The notes under the pieces were generated by a model that was not told where the DNA came from, did not search any database, and saw only the letters and a list, made by a program, of their open reading frames with translations. This document shows, in pieces, positions 22,656 through 35,040 of a DNA stretch of 64,000 nt. How positions within the stretch are numbered: position 1 is the stretch's first letter; every line of letters begins with the position of its first letter. A program made the translations under genes and the position numbers. The DNA is taken from assembly GCA_002256025.1 (NCBI GenBank), contig NKIB01012926.1, positions 1-64,000 on the forward strand. Direction: 5' to 3'. This DNA is from Asterionella formosa (taxonomy: Eukaryota).

Positions 22656-24399
22656 ACATGATTTCAAATGTTTCAGCCATGAATAAATATATATATAAAG
22701 ATTTTTAAGAAGGTTAAATGTATATATAGTTGTATATTTGCATAGTTTTAAACACGCTCATTATACAGCACATCCTGTGTGTACTAATATCAATTTTGAT
22801 TATACATAATTCAAATATTTACAATGCATGATGAGTTCATAGTTTTCCATGACCTGTTGAGTTTTTTCAATTTTTGTGTGTCAATTCTTGTACTCTACCT
22901 ACAAGTCAGTGGCTGATTTAATTAAGCCCCTTAATAAACGGGAGTCATCACCAATTTTTCAAATGGTCGAAATCATACATTTATGCATATAGACATATTG
23001 ACCAAAATTCATATGGCCTACCGGTACTAGTACTGTATAATTGCTGGTAATTACTTCCATCATGGAAACACCACAATAGTGCAGCGGAAAACTGAATATG
23101 CTCATGTGTTTAGGATCATTAGATCATATTTTTAAGATCAATTGATCCTGATTCTTGAAAATAAATGTTGATCGTTCATTTTCTCATCAACGACACCGTT
23201 CATCATATGATCAATATGTTATGATCAAAGGTATAGGATAAACGAATCAAAAATCATCGATTAAAGATCATAGTTTATTCCGGAGTAGTCGTTGCTCATG
23301 CATGCAACCCCTTCCTCCCCTGTATACAGTCCGGAAGTGATAACTCCCAAGCTACCAAATTTTTATGTCTTGTAAGAATTATCGCAGCATGCATGCATAC
23401 ATGGTGACTCCTAATGGTATATACAATGCAGGAGTGATGACCACCAGACTACCAATCCTATAGGTCCTGTAGAATTATCGCAACATGGCTGCATATCTAA
23501 TGAAAGGGCGGGAGGAGTCATCCATGCACCTGTATAGTATGAAATATGGAAATGATCAAATATAGCTAGTCTACACAACAAGGAGCAGTGCATCATATAT
23601 GCCCTGTTTTTTAATTCCTATGAAATCTCTTGATTTGTTCTGCGCTTTTTCGCCAGAATTGTTTTCATTGGCTGTTTCACTGGACAGCATTCGAATTGAT
23701 TGTGATTTGAACGAAGTAATGATCAAAGTCCACCCAATTGCAGAATGGTGAGTCTCACAACTAAGTATCAGCCAGTCGATTAAAATTGGACTGTCTTTTG
23801 TGCACCCTCATTGTGTTTGTACTTGACTTGGCAGCTGTCAGCCAAGAGCAGCCATGGCATGCCACCACCATCTATTTTCTATACAAGTTTCGAATGCGTT
23901 CAGCTATGATAACTTTTGCTCCCCCCTCCTAAACACTATCTCAACACCCTTGTTGACATAGATTTTTCTTTATCCTTTGGCTTCACAGGCTCAGGTTACT
24001 GAATGCCTTCATCTGCAAGGAGTTCAGCCAAGCAGGTCCACGTTGGCGTCAAGAAAACCTCAACCCCGATTTCCCTCACATGCTCCAACCATTGACTTCT
24101 TCATTGATGAAGTCGAGGTAGCTATATTGACGACATTAGGTGGCGCAGGCTTGTGTATAATTGATGATGCTGAAGGCAATACCAAAAAATCCATTGTAAG
24201 TGCGCCCAGTGTTATATATGTACTGATTGATTATTGCGAATTACTTACCTCCATTCAATTGGCCCAGTTTGCGAGATCTTGTAAACCCACACTGGCCACA
24301 CTGGATACACATGTAACATTTTTTGGGTGTTTGCTTGTACTGTATCCGCTAACATCTGCTTACCTGTGCTACTATAATGCACTTCGCCTTGAAAGAATG

Positions 24400-25500
24400 G
24401 GAAGAGTATAGTGCTTTTTCGCTGATGATCATTCCGACCGCAATATGAATTGTGCCTTGTAGACTGCATCATTGCTCCATCGCTTTTACTTTTTCTCCAG
24501 AAGGATTGTTGCAGTTTTGAAATTACCATTACACATCGTTTGTAGATTTCGTTCATGTGCATTGTGACTCCTTGTGTTTGTTGTTCAGCAACCGAAGCCA
24601 CCACTCTATATCGTAGGCTACCAGATCCTGCAAACACTTTGTTTTTTGGACATCGTCTTGAAACCACTGCATTCTTCATTGCTTCATTGATCTGTACATC
24701 GAAGGGATAATACAATGAAAGAATCTTTTCGCCTTCGACTTTGCAGCAACATTGACTATTAAAAATTCATACAATGAACTTTCCATTTTCATATAGTGAT
24801 ATTTTCCATTGCCAACATTTATTCCTGCTTTCACTGGACACCATGTCTCAGAAAAAACTCATCGCAGCCAAACAACAAGTAGTTGATTGGTGCTTTTGAT
24901 AATTCCGTAAATTCAATCAATAAGAGGTTCCAGTCGTTTTTCAATTCATGCTCCATAATATATTTTCAACCGGAGAAAATCTGCTTTTGATGGACACTTG
25001 AGCAAGACTGGGCAATTGGATTCCAAAAAGGTAGGGCAGGGAAATATGTGGACCCAGTGTGATGGATTAGAAAGGAATCGCGGTTCTGGGACATGAAGTG
25101 GAAAGCAAACTTGCTTTGGTTTTTTCTACTATTTAATGTTCTCAGCCATTCAAATGCAGGCTGTAGATTTAATAAATCCTTACAGGACCATTTGGAGATA
25201 GCTCAAATTGTAGAATCATCACAACAGATGATTGAAGATTAGATGACATTGTATGTAGTAATGGCATCAACCATCATTTCCACACCCGCATCTGGCTCCA
25301 TTGCCTTTGAGCTTCCAGTTACTTGATTCTTGGGGCAAACGTTTGTTGGCTTCTTGTACCATAAAGCCCTGTTGCACACATAACAGACCTTTGATTTTAC
25401 TCGATAGTCTAGTTAGTATCTTTCTCATGTAGCCACCAATACAGAATGATTCATATGATTTCTTCCGGTTTAATTGCCCTAATGTGCGCAATCACATGAG
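24400..25500 (-). pseudogene. Decayed DDE transposase of the 'Mutator-like' (PF20700) / Kolobok type
   Basis: Motifs across frames: VCPKNQVTGSSKAMEPDA, IICCDDSTI, and YPFDVQINEAMKNAVVSRRCPKNKVFAGSGSLRYRV. Multiple stops and frameshifts. Confidence 0.65.
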
Positions 25501-26272
25501 CTACAGATCTATATATACATATATTTATTTATTTGGTAAATTTATAATTGGCAACTACATATCGAAAAAACATTTTCGGGATCTTTTGATTTTCACTTAT
25601 GGCTATCTTGAGCAAAATGCAGATGCATGGTGAGTACTCTTTTTCTTCAAACCAACTATTCTCAACATGCATTCAAAGTAGGATATAACAGTAGAACAAC
25701 GGCAACTTGAGTTGAATTATGGAATTCGCAACCCCGAAAGTGACGATGGTGGGAAGGAAGATGATGAGGATGGGATTCTCGTTTTAGGGGGAAAAAATGT
25801 CCGTTAAATATCCAGCAGTACAGTCCATGTAAGCGCAACAACCATAGAAAGTATATCAAATGACAGTTATTCCATTCGAGTTTTCATAATGATGGTGGCT
25901 TGTTGTATTCGGTTTCCCGCATACTGCAGCTGTGGGAGGCCTGGAGGTAAGGAATTACTCAAGCTACCGGTACTTAGATCCGAATTCAAAAAGACCAACT
26001 ACGAGTCTAGAGATTCAACAAATCAAAGCCAACAAAAATCGAAAATGAAACAAAGAAACTTTTGCAGAAAAGGCAGTAATTGGGTCAAAGTAACTTCGAT
26101 GCTTAGCTACGATCGGTGAATGTAGAAACGAGAAATGTTTCTATGAATATACAAGGACATGAATACAAAGAAATGCTTTTATGGAAAACATACGTTCACC
26201 GAATGAATTCTTAATTAGAGAAAGATTAATTTTCATCTGAAATTAATTGATTTGGATTTCTAGGAGTGCCAT

Positions 26273-29200
26273 TTACGCCATTTTCGTTGGAATGGCATTT
26301 TCCCAGTAAGGAATCAATAATTTTGCACCATGAAATGACTCCTTGTTTTGAACCCTATGGAACTCCTTAGGTTTGGGGAGGTCCACTGGCCGAAGAACAA
26401 CGTCAGTACCTTCATCAGTGATATTGGGAACAGGAGCCCCTGGGATGTCCACCGGCTGGAGAGCAACGTTGGTCACTTCATCTGTGATGTTGGAAACAGG
26501 AGTCCCTCTCATGCCAGTAGGTTCCAATTGACGCCCAACATCAGTGATGTCACTAGCACAAGTGACCCCCCCCTCGCGCTTAGGAGTCTCTTGAAATCCT
26601 TCTTCTCGCGAAACAGCATTTACGAGGCCTTGCCAATCCCCTTTTTCCACCAATCGCTCAAGCTCGCGCAGGGTGTCGTTTTCCACTGACACCGACGATA
26701 ATGACGGATCAGGGGACGATGGTCGCGATTGCCGTGCCATCATGGCGGCGATTGAGAATTCATTGTCGCAATCGTCCGTTTCTGTCGGCTTAAGTACCAA
26801 TGTGCTGTGGCTCTTTTCACCTCCGGTCCTTGTTATACCAGTCCACTCAGCGGCGAAGTATTGAATATCAGAATCATGAGATGAACGGAGAGATGAGGTC
26901 ACAGCCACAGCTTGTCTTGGTGAACTCGTTGCTGGAGCTCGTCGAGGTGTTGATGGCAGTGACCCCCTTTCCTCTAACAAATAGACTCCAGCCAAAGCAG
27001 TGACAGTGCTCCATTTGCCATTTGCAACAACTTTCCCCATTTTTTTCACCTTGACTGAGTCGACTGTTGAACTTGATAACGACTTGTCATCAGCGACAGG
27101 AGGTGTACGAAAAGGAATATCCCAGTCGACAGCCTTGCGTGGCGTTGAAATTAAACTCCTTTCATCGTCAGACAGGATCATGTACTTCGAGGGGCTCAGA
27201 TGACTCATCGCCATTCTCTTCTCTGGGCTTGAAGACATAAGTTGGTTTGCTAATTTTTCGACAAGCGTCCAATCACCTCGATCAACAGCATGATCCAGTT
27301 CGCATCGCAAAGAAAAAATAGATGAACTAGACATAGAATCTGACCTCGTGATGACAACTGCTGACCTGCTCATGGCTCCCAATGGTTGATCAACAACGTC
27401 AGCGACGGAAGGCATTTTCTTTGGAGTGGGATCGGTAGCCTCAACTTCAGCCGATAAAGATTCAACGATAGCCCAATCGCCACGAAGGACGGCCCGATCC
27501 AAATCTGTTCGGAGGGAAACATAAGAAACATGTGACTCATCGAACGATGAATTTGCTCGTTGAAGTAGCGACGAATCGCTTCGATATGACTTGATTCCAA
27601 GAGGAGAATTTAATTCAGAGTCTTCGTCATCGTCGGGTATCTTGAATGCTGGCGATCGATCAGTTGGTTGGGAAGTCGATGTATTGTCCATGCTGACGGT
27701 AGTACGACGGAAAAGATCTCGCCACCGTCGTTTGCCCTTCTCCTCCTTCTGAACTTGAATATGCTCTGAAGACTGCGTTCGGGGCGGATCGTCAAACGAG
27801 TTTGACGCGGCCACAATGACCGCAGTCGTGGCTACTGCAGTGTTCACCATGTCAGCAACACCACTCCTCTGAGGCGACTCCGTACCAGGTGAAACAGTAC
27901 CAAGAGATATGATTGAGGCATTCGGTGCACTTCGAGGCGTCTTCAAACTCTTTTCAGGACTTGCACCGGAAGAATCAGAGGCGGTCGAAATAGTATTGTG
28001 GTGCTCACGTCCAAGCAAGGAAAGGAAAGCGTATTCGTTAAAATCGCCCTCCTCCCTTACTAAATTATCCAATGGAGCGGCACCAACACGGCCACTCGCA
28101 GATTCGTTATACGAGGAATCAACAGAAGAAGCCGAACTGATTGCAGCTTCTGCAGCAGCAGATGTTCGGCGTCCGGTGACAAATCCAATGAATGAACGCT
28201 TTTGAGGACTTGCTGATCCCATCGTGCCGTCTGCAGTTGCGAAACCTCCTGCAGTTCGGGCAACGCCAGCCCAATCTCTATGTTCCACCAAGTGATCCAA
28301 GGCAGCTGCACGAATTTCATTTTCGTCGTCCAAATGCAAATTGGTCTTTCTTGGACTGGAGTCAAAAAATATGGAATCGCTTCCTGATGTATGTGACTCG
28401 ATATCGTCTGGCATTGCCAATGCAGAAATACGTCCTGACATGGAGCTCAACTCTTCACTACCAGCGATAGAGCTCGCAATCTTGTAAACTCCATTCCAGT
28501 CAGCAGCTCGGATCGCAGAACCCAAATCATCAAGCTTGCGACGCATATAAGTTTCAGTGTCCACTCCGGGAGGGAGGTTCAAGGGAGAATCACCACGAGG
28601 AGTATAGAAGGATGAGCTCGACATCAACGAGTTATTTTCAACCTCACGCCGATACAGCGCGATGGCCGCAGCTGTTGATGGATCAAACTGGGACACACAC
28701 TTGGTGACTGCCAGCTGTTGATCGGCCTTCAATGCCTTCACTGAGGATGTATCAGACCCATGACTAGATCCCTTTATGCTGTTACCATCCATAAGGAGAT
28801 CTTTCCTAATTGCATAAGCCTCCATTTCACTTTCTACAGAAAAGGATTCATCTCCCAAAATATCATGGACGGGGCCCTTACTGCTGTGCCCGTCGGCTGA
28901 TGGTCGGCGTCGTGTAAAGACAAACCCTGCAATAACGACAACGGCTCCAGCGATGGCAATGCCGGCCCAGGCACCGCCAGACATGGTCTCTTTGGAAGAG
29001 GAAGCAACTGGTTGTAGGCTGCCACCAATTTCACTCACTAAAAAAGAAGAAGATGGAGTCGATGTTGTCGGTGCAGCGGTGGTTGGTGCTGCTGTCGTAG
29101 GAGCATGAATAATAGGTGATAGAGTATTAGTAGGTTTGGCCATAGCAGGTGCTGTTGTCGTAGGTGTAGGAACAGAAGAAATAGGCGCTGTTGTCGTAGG

Positions 29201-30077
29201 TGTAGGAACAGAAGAAATAGGCGCTGTTGTCGTAGGTGTAGGAACAGAAGAAATAGGCGCTGTTGTCGTAGGTGTAGGAACAGAAACAGTCGGCGCGGTT
29301 GTTGCAGGTTTGGCCATAGTAGGCGCTATTGTGGGAGGAGCAGATGAAATAGGCGCTGGTGTTCTAGGTTTGGCCATGACAGGTGCTGCTGTGATAGGCT
29401 TGTCAGTACCAGTCGCAAATGATGGTATGGACGAGGGAGTCAGTGTTTGGGGAGCTTCTGTGGAAGGTTTGGCTGTTATTGGAGCTGGTGTTGTTTGTGC
29501 TATTTGTGAAGGCTGCCCAGTCGTGGCAGAAGTTGGAGCTGCCAATACAAACGTGGTTAGAACGTGTCAGTGCAATCGATCAAACGTACGTACTGCATTG
29601 ACTAATGATGCTTTGAGATCCATCCAAACTCAAGTACAAGAGCCCTAATCCCTTACCTGGTGTTGTCACATCAATGCCGATATATTCGATAATACTCCAA
29701 CAAAGCTCCTCCAATTTAGCCCTGACCAAATTGGCGTTGGAGTTGGTGAAAGAATATCCCTGCGAAATTCCCGAATTTGCTTGTAGATTGGATATACAAG
29801 TAGCTCGCTTTTGAGTACTACTACTATCATCGCACAAGAGCCATACAAATCTCAGTTGAAGAGGAACTTCCAACGCTTGAAAATCATTTTCTGACCCTAT
29901 CACATCCGAAATAAAGGAGGCAAATTCAGATGTACTCAGAACGCCGTCGGCTTCTCCCTTGGCCAATAAGTATTCAACGCACTTGTTTGGAAAGGCAGTT
30001 GCCGTCAGTGCACTGGTCGTTGTCGCCAGTAAGAGGAGTAAATAGCACAAAAGGGAAGAAGGCAACATCATCGTCAT
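26273..30077 (-). CDS. Type I single-pass membrane protein of ~1228 aa (exons 30077-29657 and 29538-26273): signal peptide, Cys-containing domain, Pro/Thr mucin-like stalk, TM helix, long cytoplasmic tail with repeated LDxxxxxGDW motifs
   Basis: A 118-bp phase-1 intron (GTAAGG...CTAAC...TTGGCAG) joins the 168-aa and 1090-aa ORFs in frame. Signal peptide MTMMLPSSLLCYLLLLLATTTSA; TM helix GAWAGIAIAGAVVVIAGFVF followed by RRR. Confidence 0.85.
29151..29285. repeat. Coding minisatellite, 36-bp unit (PTPTTTAPISSV), about 3.7 identical copies
   Basis: gctgttgtcgtaggtgtaggaacagaagaaataggc repeated without mismatch. Confidence 0.92.
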
Positions 30078-30120
30078 GATTGACAATGGATCTGGGAATA
30101 TATGGATTGGGTCTAAAACT

Positions 30121-30196
30121 TAGATTTCAGTGATGGTTTCAGTATTTAGATCAATTTCAGTGATGGTTTCAGTATCAAATCAATTTCAGTGATGGA
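30121..30196. repeat. ~29-bp tandem repeat (x3) just 5' of the membrane-protein start codon
   Basis: atttcagtgatggtttcagtat twice, plus a third atttcagtgatgg. Confidence 0.85.
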
Positions 30197-32109
30197 ACCT
30201 AGTGTAAGCAAGACTAAAAACGCACTGAGTGATGGCAGAACGGCCGAACGGTACACTTTATGTGAAAATAGCTCCGCTGTAAATATTACCGATAGGCGAA
30301 AAACCGGCCTCGCACACGAGAAACTCCACGTCGCGCCTCTCCCGCGTGTCAGCGAATCCTCTATTTGATGTGGACGATGAAGACTACAACGAAACAAGAA
30401 TGAAAAGAAAGCAAAAATACAGCGCAATGGTGAGCATAGATCTCCGCTGGGATCAATATCTTGTAGTTGAGTTGGAGGGAGGTACAATACTGGTAGAGTC
30501 AATGAAATGATAAACACTCCATGCGATAAAAATTCTATGATTGGGATGTGTTTTTGCACAGCACAACGGTACTTGGTACAGGTATATTGTGGTAGAGTCC
30601 TACACATACAGTACATTTACCGGTGTATGGGTTCAACCAAAAATATGGCGCCAGTCATGCCGCGAATTGAAATATATATGCTCGATATTCAATGTGCAAT
30701 ATATTTGAAGTGTATCGAGTCACTCAATTGATTTCCTTCCAAGTTCGTTTGAATTTGAATTGATTTGCATGCGCAGGCAAGCGTGCCTGGCTCGCCTTAC
30801 AAAAATATATAACACTGCACACAAGTTCAGTTTTTACAGGATAGCCGTACATATGTACTTGATTACCCGGTAAACTATATTTATGCATGGTACTTTCTAT
30901 GTGAGTACATAGGTCCACGCAATCTATGTCGCACTACCTCGTACCAGTACATACTCAAGACAGACAGAAATGCAGTGTGTTGACATTTCCTCTTCGGTAC
31001 AGCTAACCACGATTCGAGGACCACAAACTAACCAGGTACACCTTCTGTAATTTGAACCAGTACTCCCTACCTGGTAGACTATTTATTACACAGTAGTCTA
31101 GCTATTTCGGTGGATGTGATGGGACTCCCACCTCAAGAAGTTGGACTTCCTGTTACATACACAGTCACCAGAACAGAATATCGTGCATCCTCTGTCATCA
31201 GTGTGGTGTACCAGTATACTTTATCAATATGTAATCATTTTAATATGTCAATAATAAACATACCGGTAGTAAAGTAAGCACATCACAACATTGCTCCCAA
31301 TTGGACGTCTCCAAACAATATGATCTTCATTTTCATTGAAAGGTGAGGTGATGATAAGAAAGAATGTGTTAAAGATCCAGGCTTTGAGCATTGCAGATTT
31401 TGGAAGCCATTGAGTGGGGCACAAAGCTCCAGCATGACAGAGGGATTCTGAGTCAAACACACGTTGTCATACCAGCCAGAAACTTGCCAGTGGAAGAGTC
31501 TAAGGAAGTATGTAGTGATGTCTCTCACCAAATCAATGCCCCAACCAATCCTCCAATTTATTGTGGCTCTTTTGACTCATGTTCCATTTGCCTACATTAG
31601 TGTAGTAAGAGGCAATTGCTTCATTCATTGTTGCTACTCTCTTCTGTGTTCTCAGTTTTTGGCTAATATTATATTATTAAAGTATGGGGTGTATGTTTAT
31701 TACAATAACATTGTGTAAGTGTGTTAAATGAATGTGAGTGCATATAATAAGAACAAATTGATCCTTGGATCCATGATCTACCTGGTGGACTTTGATTGGC
31801 AGGAGTGGTACTGGTACGTATTTACCTCGATTGCTTTCTTCTAGCTTGTATGTACATCTACGGTATACATGGAATTTTGTACCTACCGGTACACGTCTGC
31901 TACACAAGATATTTTGTTCAGTTCAAAAAATCCTGGTGGTGCATATCTAGCTGGTATGCAATACAGAAGTACTGCTTATTGTACATACAAACGAGAGTAT
32001 TTTCACAAGACTTCTTCCGTCGCAGGCATCGCACTGATCCGTTGTTAATGGGGTTGGCCCGAGCAAGGTATCGGCGCGATCTTGACCTACCAGCCATTTT
32101 CTTTTTGAA

Positions 32110-32242
32110 ATACCTTGGTACTGGGCGCGGTACCTGGTACCTGTAATCGTCGCATGCTGATATGAAATACGTATCACCTTGGCTTTACCAGCGTTACCGA
32201 AACTGGTACCTGGTACTTAGTACCAAGCAATACACTGGTACA
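32110..32242. repeat. GTAC-centred repeat cluster
   Basis: ggtacctggtacctg, ctggtacctggtacttagtacc, actggtaca. Further copies at 31807-31892. Confidence 0.75.
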
Positions 32243-33174
32243 TGATGCCAAAGCAAGATTTAAAAATGATGTACACATGGGTACAATAACAAAACAAGGG
32301 ACGACATTGAAAAAAGCGACGACAAGCAAATCCACATTCAACTGTCAAAAGCTACCCCGTAGTGCATGAATACATGTAACATGATGACACATGAGATCTT
32401 GTCGCATTATTAGCCTTCATGATTAACGAAATATCAAGAAAAACAGAAAAAGTCATTTTCATCATTGTTTCATACAGGTTCGTGTGTCCTATATCGGATG
32501 ACCTCGATTCTGCGTTAATGCTCAATGCTTTGAAATTCAACGATGTAGCAAACTTGGCTCAAATTCCAGTTTTACGGCTTCAAAATGTCGTGCCATACAA
32601 ACTCCGGAGAATGTGTATACATTTGAATGGATTCTTCGATCTGGATGCGCATCCAATTGGTGTTGCAAACTCCATGAATAAGTATCCCAACGATCGAAGT
32701 CGGTGAACTGATGGCATATGGGTTGGCCTGAAGACATTCTCTTAATGTTTTCCCATTCCGTTGTCATTCCGGGATGCGACAGATGCCACTCACTAAATTT
32801 CTGCATTTCGAGACGAGATTAAGAGAAATCACGAAAGGTCAAGTGAAAAGGAATGGTTGGCTATATCTTGCTGTGTATCATTGGGACAATCAACACAAAA
32901 TCAATTTTGGGGGAACAGCAGCGTGAATTTGCGTACATGGATGCAATCCACTGGACTCTCACCTGCATTGTCACGCTACCGGTATTCAGTCCATAGATTG
33001 ACTCGTAGGAACATCATGATCCCGTTCGAAGTGACATACCACTATGTATTTGCTAGTTGGGGTGAAACCAGTTTCATTATTTATGGCAGAAAGGAGCTGG
33101 TTTTCAAAATGATAATCTTTAGTATAGACTTCTATCACCATTTTGATTCCTGGAACCGTCGTGAGTCGTAAGTT

Positions 33175-34397
33175 CTAGGTAAGAAAAACTAGATATCCAT
33201 AGTTCTTCATGGCTGCATAATGTGAAGGAACATGTCCTTGGTTGTCCATGGTTACCAACGATGCCGGGAATTCCTCAACCAAGAATTCAACCACTTCTAA
33301 AGGTGCATCATTGATGCATGCAAAGTGAATGGGAAGATATCCATATCTTGTTTTGGATTTGACGGTTTTGGGATAGTTTTCTACCAGAAGTTGAACTGCC
33401 TCTAGTGGCGCTTTACGCAAACATGCGTAATGCAGAGGAAGACCACCATTGATGTCCTCAACATTGACTGAAGCAGGATATTTACTCAATATCAACTGAA
33501 CCACTTGCAGCGGTGCTTGGTTGAGGAGGGCGTGATGCAAAGGAAGTCTATTATTGATATCTTGGACCTCGACTGACTCCGGATAGGTCTCCAGAAGGAG
33601 CTGAACGACGTCTAATGTCACATCGTTAATGCATGCATAGTGTAAAGGAAGTTTACCATTGAAATCCATGACCTTAACTGATTCGGGATGCATTTCAAGC
33701 AAAAACTGAATCACCTCGAGCAGTTTGTTTGTACGGCAGGCATAGTGCAAAGGTAGCGATCCATCTTTGTCTATCGACTTCAAAGATTTGGGATATTTCA
33801 TAGCAAGAAACGTAACAACATCAAGTGGTGCCCTGGTCCAGCAAGTGTTGTGCAAAGGAAGCTTACTATCGTTGTCCATGGCCTCGACAGATTCAGGATA
33901 CATCTCAACCAAGAACTGAATAACCTTGAAATGAGCATTTCCACTGCATGCATTGTGCAAAGGAAGCCTTCCTTCGCTTGTCTTTTGTTTTACCGACTCT
34001 GGATATTGCTCTACTAAAAATTGTATTATTTCGAATGACGTACCTGTGGCACTGCATGCATAGTGTAAGGGTAGCCATGCCTCATGGTGGGTTTTGACTT
34101 TGATTGATTCAGGAAAAGTTTTCGCCAGGAACTGAATTACTTTTATTGGCGCTTGGGACAAGCAGGCAATATGCAAAGGAAGTCCTCCGTAGTTGTCCTG
34201 GACCCTTACTGATTCAGGGTATTTCTCTACAAGAAACTCAATCACGTTTGCTGGCGCTTTGTTTGCGCAGGCCGTGTGCAAAGGAGTATCACCAAGATTA
34301 TTCTTGAGCTTAAGAGATTCTGGGTCTGCTTCCACGAGACTGCGAATTTCTTCAAGTGAAAGAGTTCTGGCTTTGCAAGCTGCGCGTAACTTCGACA
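33175..34397 (-). CDS. Ankyrin-repeat protein (~11 repeats); 5' exon not resolved
   Basis: Regular ~35-aa repeats G.LPLHxAC...A.LEVIQFLVE.YPESV. The ORF has no ATG start and begins right after a TTTCTTCAG acceptor-like site at 34398. Confidence 0.85.
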
Positions 34398-34909
34398 CTG
34401 AAGAAATGTGAGTGAAACGTAGTCAAGGGAAAGTGGAGCAAACGATTCAATCTACCGGTAGGCACTCATGCAGGAATGTAGCAATAAATACGTACTTGTA
34501 ATTTCCACAGAGAAAATGAAGTGAAAAGAGGGCACTAAAGTGGTCTTCGTGGCCTGTGGAGGGAAATGTAATGAAATGCAAGTCAAGCCTGATTTGTAAT
34601 GAAAGTTATTAAGTGAGAAAGCCACACAGCAAGGAAATATTGCCGATTATTATATCGGTATTTGTTTATATCATACCGGTATTTTTTTCTGCTTATGAAA
34701 GAATTTGCCTGTTGTAGGAATGTCCAGTTATCCGAATGAAAGAATACTTCGAAGTTTTTCGTGTTCTTGTTGAAAATTGAAAAATGCGAACTGCGACGTC
34801 AACCTCAAAATAGGCGCGATCTGCAATCACACAGAAAATTGTGCTGATTGATTGATGTACCGGTATTATTTATACAGTACACATAACCATTGTCTGCTGC
34901 AACCAAACT

Positions 34910-35040
34910 CTAGCTAGATAGGTCACTGCTTCTCATGGAGAGCAAGCTCGGATAATTCTCCAGCTAACAGCCCCTTCTATTTAAAATATATTCCGAATTG
35001 AGTGGTGAGTATTAGATACATTCTAAGTATTCTAGAAATA
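34910..35040 (+). repeat. Dispersed ~130-bp repeat, inverted copy of 55365-55495 (MITE-like)
   Basis: 35021-35040 (TTCTAAGTATTCTAGAAATA) is the exact reverse complement of 55365-55384. Colinear blocks tattccgaattga, gctaa.agcc, caagctc.gata and cactgc continue the match. Confidence 0.75.

Noticed and set aside
29136..29648. 170-aa plus-strand Val/Gly/Ala-rich ORF
   Set aside because: It is the antisense shadow of the Pro/Thr stalk on the minus strand.
31100..33170. Several 60-116 aa ORFs
   Set aside because: They overlap on both strands with no motif support. A decayed or small spliced gene near the GTAC clusters cannot be excluded.
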